64,000 nucleotides of DNA. It comes from the human T2T-CHM13v2.0 reference genome, Homo sapiens. Below are positions 60,101-64,000 of the stretch, in pieces (position 1 is the first letter of the stretch; each line of letters begins with the position of its first letter). Where the stretch lies: NCBI RefSeq assembly GCF_009914755.1, contig NC_060928.1; one strand, given 5' to 3'. A model generated the notes under the pieces. The model searched no databases and was not told where the DNA came from. It saw only the letters and a list, made by a program, of their open reading frames with translations. Made by a program: the position numbers and the translations under genes.

Positions 60101-63100
60101 TAAAACATACTTTCAGTAGTTGGATATTTTATGTACAGTATATAATACATACTTTGGGTACTTCGATATTTGTTGTACAGTATACTATATATAGTTTGGG
60201 TACTTTGATATTTTATGTCGGGTATAAAATAAATAGTTTCGGTACTTAGATATTTTATGTACAGTATATAGTTTGAGTACTTTGATATTTTATGTACAGT
60301 TTATTATAAATGGGTGCTTTCATATTTTATGTACAGTATATAATACATACTATGGGCACTTTGATATTTTATGTACAGTATATAATACATACTTTGGGTA
60401 CTTTGATATTTTATGTACACTACATAATACATACTTTGGGTACTTTGATATTTTATGTACAGTACATAATACATAGTTTGGGTACTTTGATATTTTATGT
60501 GCAGTATATAACACATACTTTCGGTACTTGGATATTTTATGTACAGTATATAATACATAATTTGGGTACTTCCATATTTTATGTACAGTATGCTATATAT
60601 AGTTTGGGTACTTTGACATTTTATGTCCAGTATAAAATAAAAAGGTTTGGTAATTCGATATTTTATGTACAGTGTATCGTTTGAGTACTTTGATATTTAA
60701 TGTACAGTTTATTATAAATGTTCGGGTGCTTTCATATTTTATGTACAGTATATAATACATACTTTGAGCACTTTGATATTTTATGTACAGTATATAATAC
60801 ATACTTTGGGTAATTTGATATTTTATGTACAGTATATAATACATACATTGGGTACTTTGATATTTTATGTACAGTATATAATATATAGTTAGGGTACTTT
60901 GATATTTTATATACAGTGTATAATATATATTATGTGTACTTTGATATATTATGTACAGTATATAATATATAGTTTGGGTAATTTGATATTTTATGTACAG
61001 TATACAATATATAGTATTGGTACTTTGATATTTCATGTAAAGTATATAGATTGAGTACTTTGATATTTTATATACAGTTTATTATAAATGTTTGGGTACC
61101 TTCCTATTTTATGTACAGTATATAATACATACTTTGGGAACTTTTATTTTATGTGCAGTATATAATACATACTTTGGGTACTTTGATATTTTATGTACAG
61201 TATATAATACATACTATTGGTACTTTGATATTTTATGTACAGTATACAATATATAGTTTGAGTACTTTGATATTTTATGTCCAGTATAAAATATATAGAT
61301 TTCATACTTTGATATTTTATGTACTGAATGTAGTTTGAGTACTTTGATATTTTATGTACACTTTATTATAAAAGTTTGGGTACTTTCATATTTTATGTAC
61401 AGTATATAATACATACTTTGGGCACTTTGATGTTTTATGTACAGTATATAATACATACTTTGGGTTCTTTGATATTTTATGTACAGCATATAATACATAA
61501 TTTGGGGACTTTTATATTTTATGTACATTATATTATACATACTTTGGGTACTTTTATATTTTATGTACGGTATATAATACACACTTTGGGTACTTTGATA
61601 TATTATGTACAGTATATAATACATACTTTGGGTACTTTGATATATTATGAACAGTATATAATACATACTAAGGGTACTTTGACATTTTATGTACAGTACA
61701 TAATACATACTTTGGGTACTTTGATATTTTATGTACAGTATATAATGCATACTTTGGATACTTTGATCTTTTATGTACAGTATATAATACATACTTTGGG
61801 TACTTTTATATTTTATGTACAGTATATAATATATAGTTTGGATACTTTGATATTTTATGTACGGTATATAATACATACTTTGGGTACTTTGATATTTTAT
61901 GTACAGTATATAATACATACTTTGGGTACTCTGATATTTTATGTATAGTATACAATATATAGTTTGAGTACTTTGATATTTTATGTACTGTATAAAATAT
62001 ATAGTTTTCGTACTTTGATATTTTATGTACAGTATATAGTTTGAGTACTTTCATATTTTATGTACAGTTTTTTATAAATGTTTGTGTGCTTTCATATTTT
62101 ATGTACAGTATATAATACATACAAAGGGCACTTTGATATTTTATGTACAGTATATAATACATAGTTTGGGTACTCTGATATTTTATGTACAGTGTATAAT
62201 ACATACTTTGGGTACTTTGATATTTTATGTACAATATATAATACATACGTTGGGAACTTTAATATATTATGTATAGTATATAATACATACTTTGGGTACT
62301 TTGATATTTTATCTACAGTATACAACACATAGTTTGTGTACTTTGATATTTTATGTACAGTATATAATACATACTTTGGGTACTTTAATATTTTATGTAC
62401 AGTATATAATACATACTTTGGGTACTTTCATATTTTATGTACAGTATATAATATAGAGTTTGGTTACTTTGATATTTTATCTACAGCTTATAATACATAC
62501 TTTGGATACTTTGATACTTTATGTACAGTATATAATACATACTTTGGGTACTTTGATATTTTATGTACAGTATACAATATATAGTTTGAGTACTTTGATA
62601 TTTTATGTGCAGTATAAAATATATAGTTTTGGTACTTTCATATTTTATGTACAGTATATAGTTTGAGTACTTTGATATTTTATGGACAGTTTTTTATAAA
62701 TGTTTGGGTGCTTTCATATTTTATGTACAGTATATAATACATACTAAGTGCATTTTGATATTTTATGTACAGTATATAATACATACTTTGGGTACTTTGA
62801 TATTTTATGAGCAGTATATAATACATACTTTGGATACTTTGATATTTTATGTACTGTATATAATACATACTTTGGGTACTTTTATATTTTATGTACAGTA
62901 TATAATATATAGTTTGGGTACTTTGATATTTTATGTACGGTATATAATACATACTTTGGGTACTTTGATATTTTATGTATAGTATATAATACATACTTTG
63001 GGTACTTTGATATTGTATGTACAGTATACAATATATAGTTTGAGTACTTTGATATTTTATGTACTGTATAAAATATATAGTTTTGGTACTTTGATATTTT

Positions 63101-64000
63101 ATGTATAGTATATAGTTTGAGTACTTTGATATTTTATGTACAGTTTTTTATAAATATTTGGGTGCTTTCATATTTTATGTACAGTATATAATACATACTA
63201 AGCGCACTTTGATATTTTATGTACAGTATATAATACATACTTTGGTTACTCTGATATTTTATGTACAGTGTATAATACATACTTTGGGTACATTGATATT
63301 TTATGTACAATATATAATACATACGTTGGGAACTTTGATATATTATGTACAGTATATAATTCATACTTTGGGTACTTTGATATTTTATGTACAGTATATA
63401 ATACATACTTTGTGTATTTTGATATTTTATGTACAGTATATAATACATACTTTGGCTACTTTGATATTTTATATACAGTATATAATACATACTTTGGGTA
63501 CTTTCATGTTTTATGTACAGTATATAATATATAGTTTGGGTACTTTGATATTTTATCTACAGCTTATAATACATACTTTGGGTACTTTGATATTTTATGT
63601 ACAGTATATAATTCATACTTTGGGTAGTTTGATATTTTATGTACAGTATACAATATATAGTTTGAGTACTTTGATATTTTATGTGCAGTATAAAATATAT
63701 AGTTTTGGTACTTCGATATTTTATGTACAGTTTATAGTTTGAGTACTTTGATATTTTATGTACAGTTTATTATAAATGTTTGGGTACTTTCATATTTGAT
63801 GTACAGTATTTAATACATAATTTGGGCACTTTGATATTTTATGTACAGTATATAATACATACTTTGGGTACTTTTATATTTTATGTACAGTATATAATAC
63901 ATACTTTGGGTACTTTGATATTTAATGTACAGTATATAATACACACTTTGCGTACTTTGATATTTTATGTAAAGCATGTAATACATACTTTGGGCAGTTT

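Larger units (their letters stand above)
511..64000 (+). repeat. Human Satellite 1A (HSat1A / SAR / classical satellite I), 42-bp tandem array, T-rich strand on +, runs off the window end
   Basis: Continuous tandem copies of ACTTTGATATTTTATGTACAGTATATAATACATACTTTGGGT (42 bp, about 24% GC). Two GTAC (RsaI) sites per unit yield 17- and 25-bp pieces, which is the classical definition of satellite I. Length divided by 42 gives about 1,500 units. Confidence 0.97.

Noticed and set aside
429-63742. Hundreds of ORFs up to 423 aa (GTLIFYVQYIIHTL, YYILYIKYQSTQSM, YFDILCTVYNTYFG and VHKISKYPKYVLYT repeats)
   Set aside because: The 42-bp unit is exactly 14 codons and lacks stops in four of six frames. 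ORFs overlap on both strands and end at repeat indels or variants, with no sign of coding constraint.
511-64000. CRISPR-like regular repeat pattern
   Set aside because: There are no unique spacers and no cas genes. The whole unit is repeated and the context is eukaryotic centromeric satellite.
511-64000. TATA-box-like TATATAA/TATAAAA in most units
   Set aside because: Expected in a 76% AT repeat, and there is no other promoter evidence.
511-64000. A strict 378-bp (9-mer) higher-order repeat
   Set aside because: Cassette spacing here ranges from about 0.28 to 1.67 kb and only some blocks are near 370 bp, so a fixed 9-mer is not supported by eye.
511-64000. HSat1B, HSat2/3 or an AT-rich microbial or organellar genome
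   Set aside because: There is no Alu-containing 2.4-kb unit and no CATTC pentamer repeat. The 17+25 bp RsaI structure and the adjoining alphoid DNA identify HSat1A.

Overview
This window is primate, almost certainly human, centromeric satellite DNA and contains no genes. Bases 1-510 are about three alpha-satellite monomers with an intact CENP-B box at 116-132, an A/pJ-alpha-type box at 283-299 and a mutated CENP-B box at 454-470; they look like suprachromosomal family 2 (SF2). At 510/511 the alphoid DNA joins abruptly to a 63.5-kb single-orientation array of Human Satellite 1A (HSat1A/SAR). Its 42-bp consensus is ACTTTGATATTTTATGT-ACAGTATATAATACATACTTTGGGT (10/42 GC, no CpG, two RsaI sites giving the classical 17+25 bp halves), present in roughly 1,500 units. 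All ORFs in the track are artefacts of a 14-codon repeat. The real structure is hierarchical. A recurrent cassette containing a 35-bp and a 41-bp unit cuts the array into variable-length blocks, and these blocks recur in a conserved order at about 17-19 kb spacing. Recent tandem duplications (3,450 bp near-identical, 1,538 bp, 252-294 bp) are superimposed. An SF2-like alphoid/HSat1A junction fits the known HSat1A interruption of the chr4 centromere, but that assignment is inference. I cannot demonstrate a new biological system from sequence alone. The most testable speculative leads are a canonical Pumilio element (UGUACAUA) in most units on the minus strand and a built-in near-palindrome in the unit. 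All positions were read by eye.
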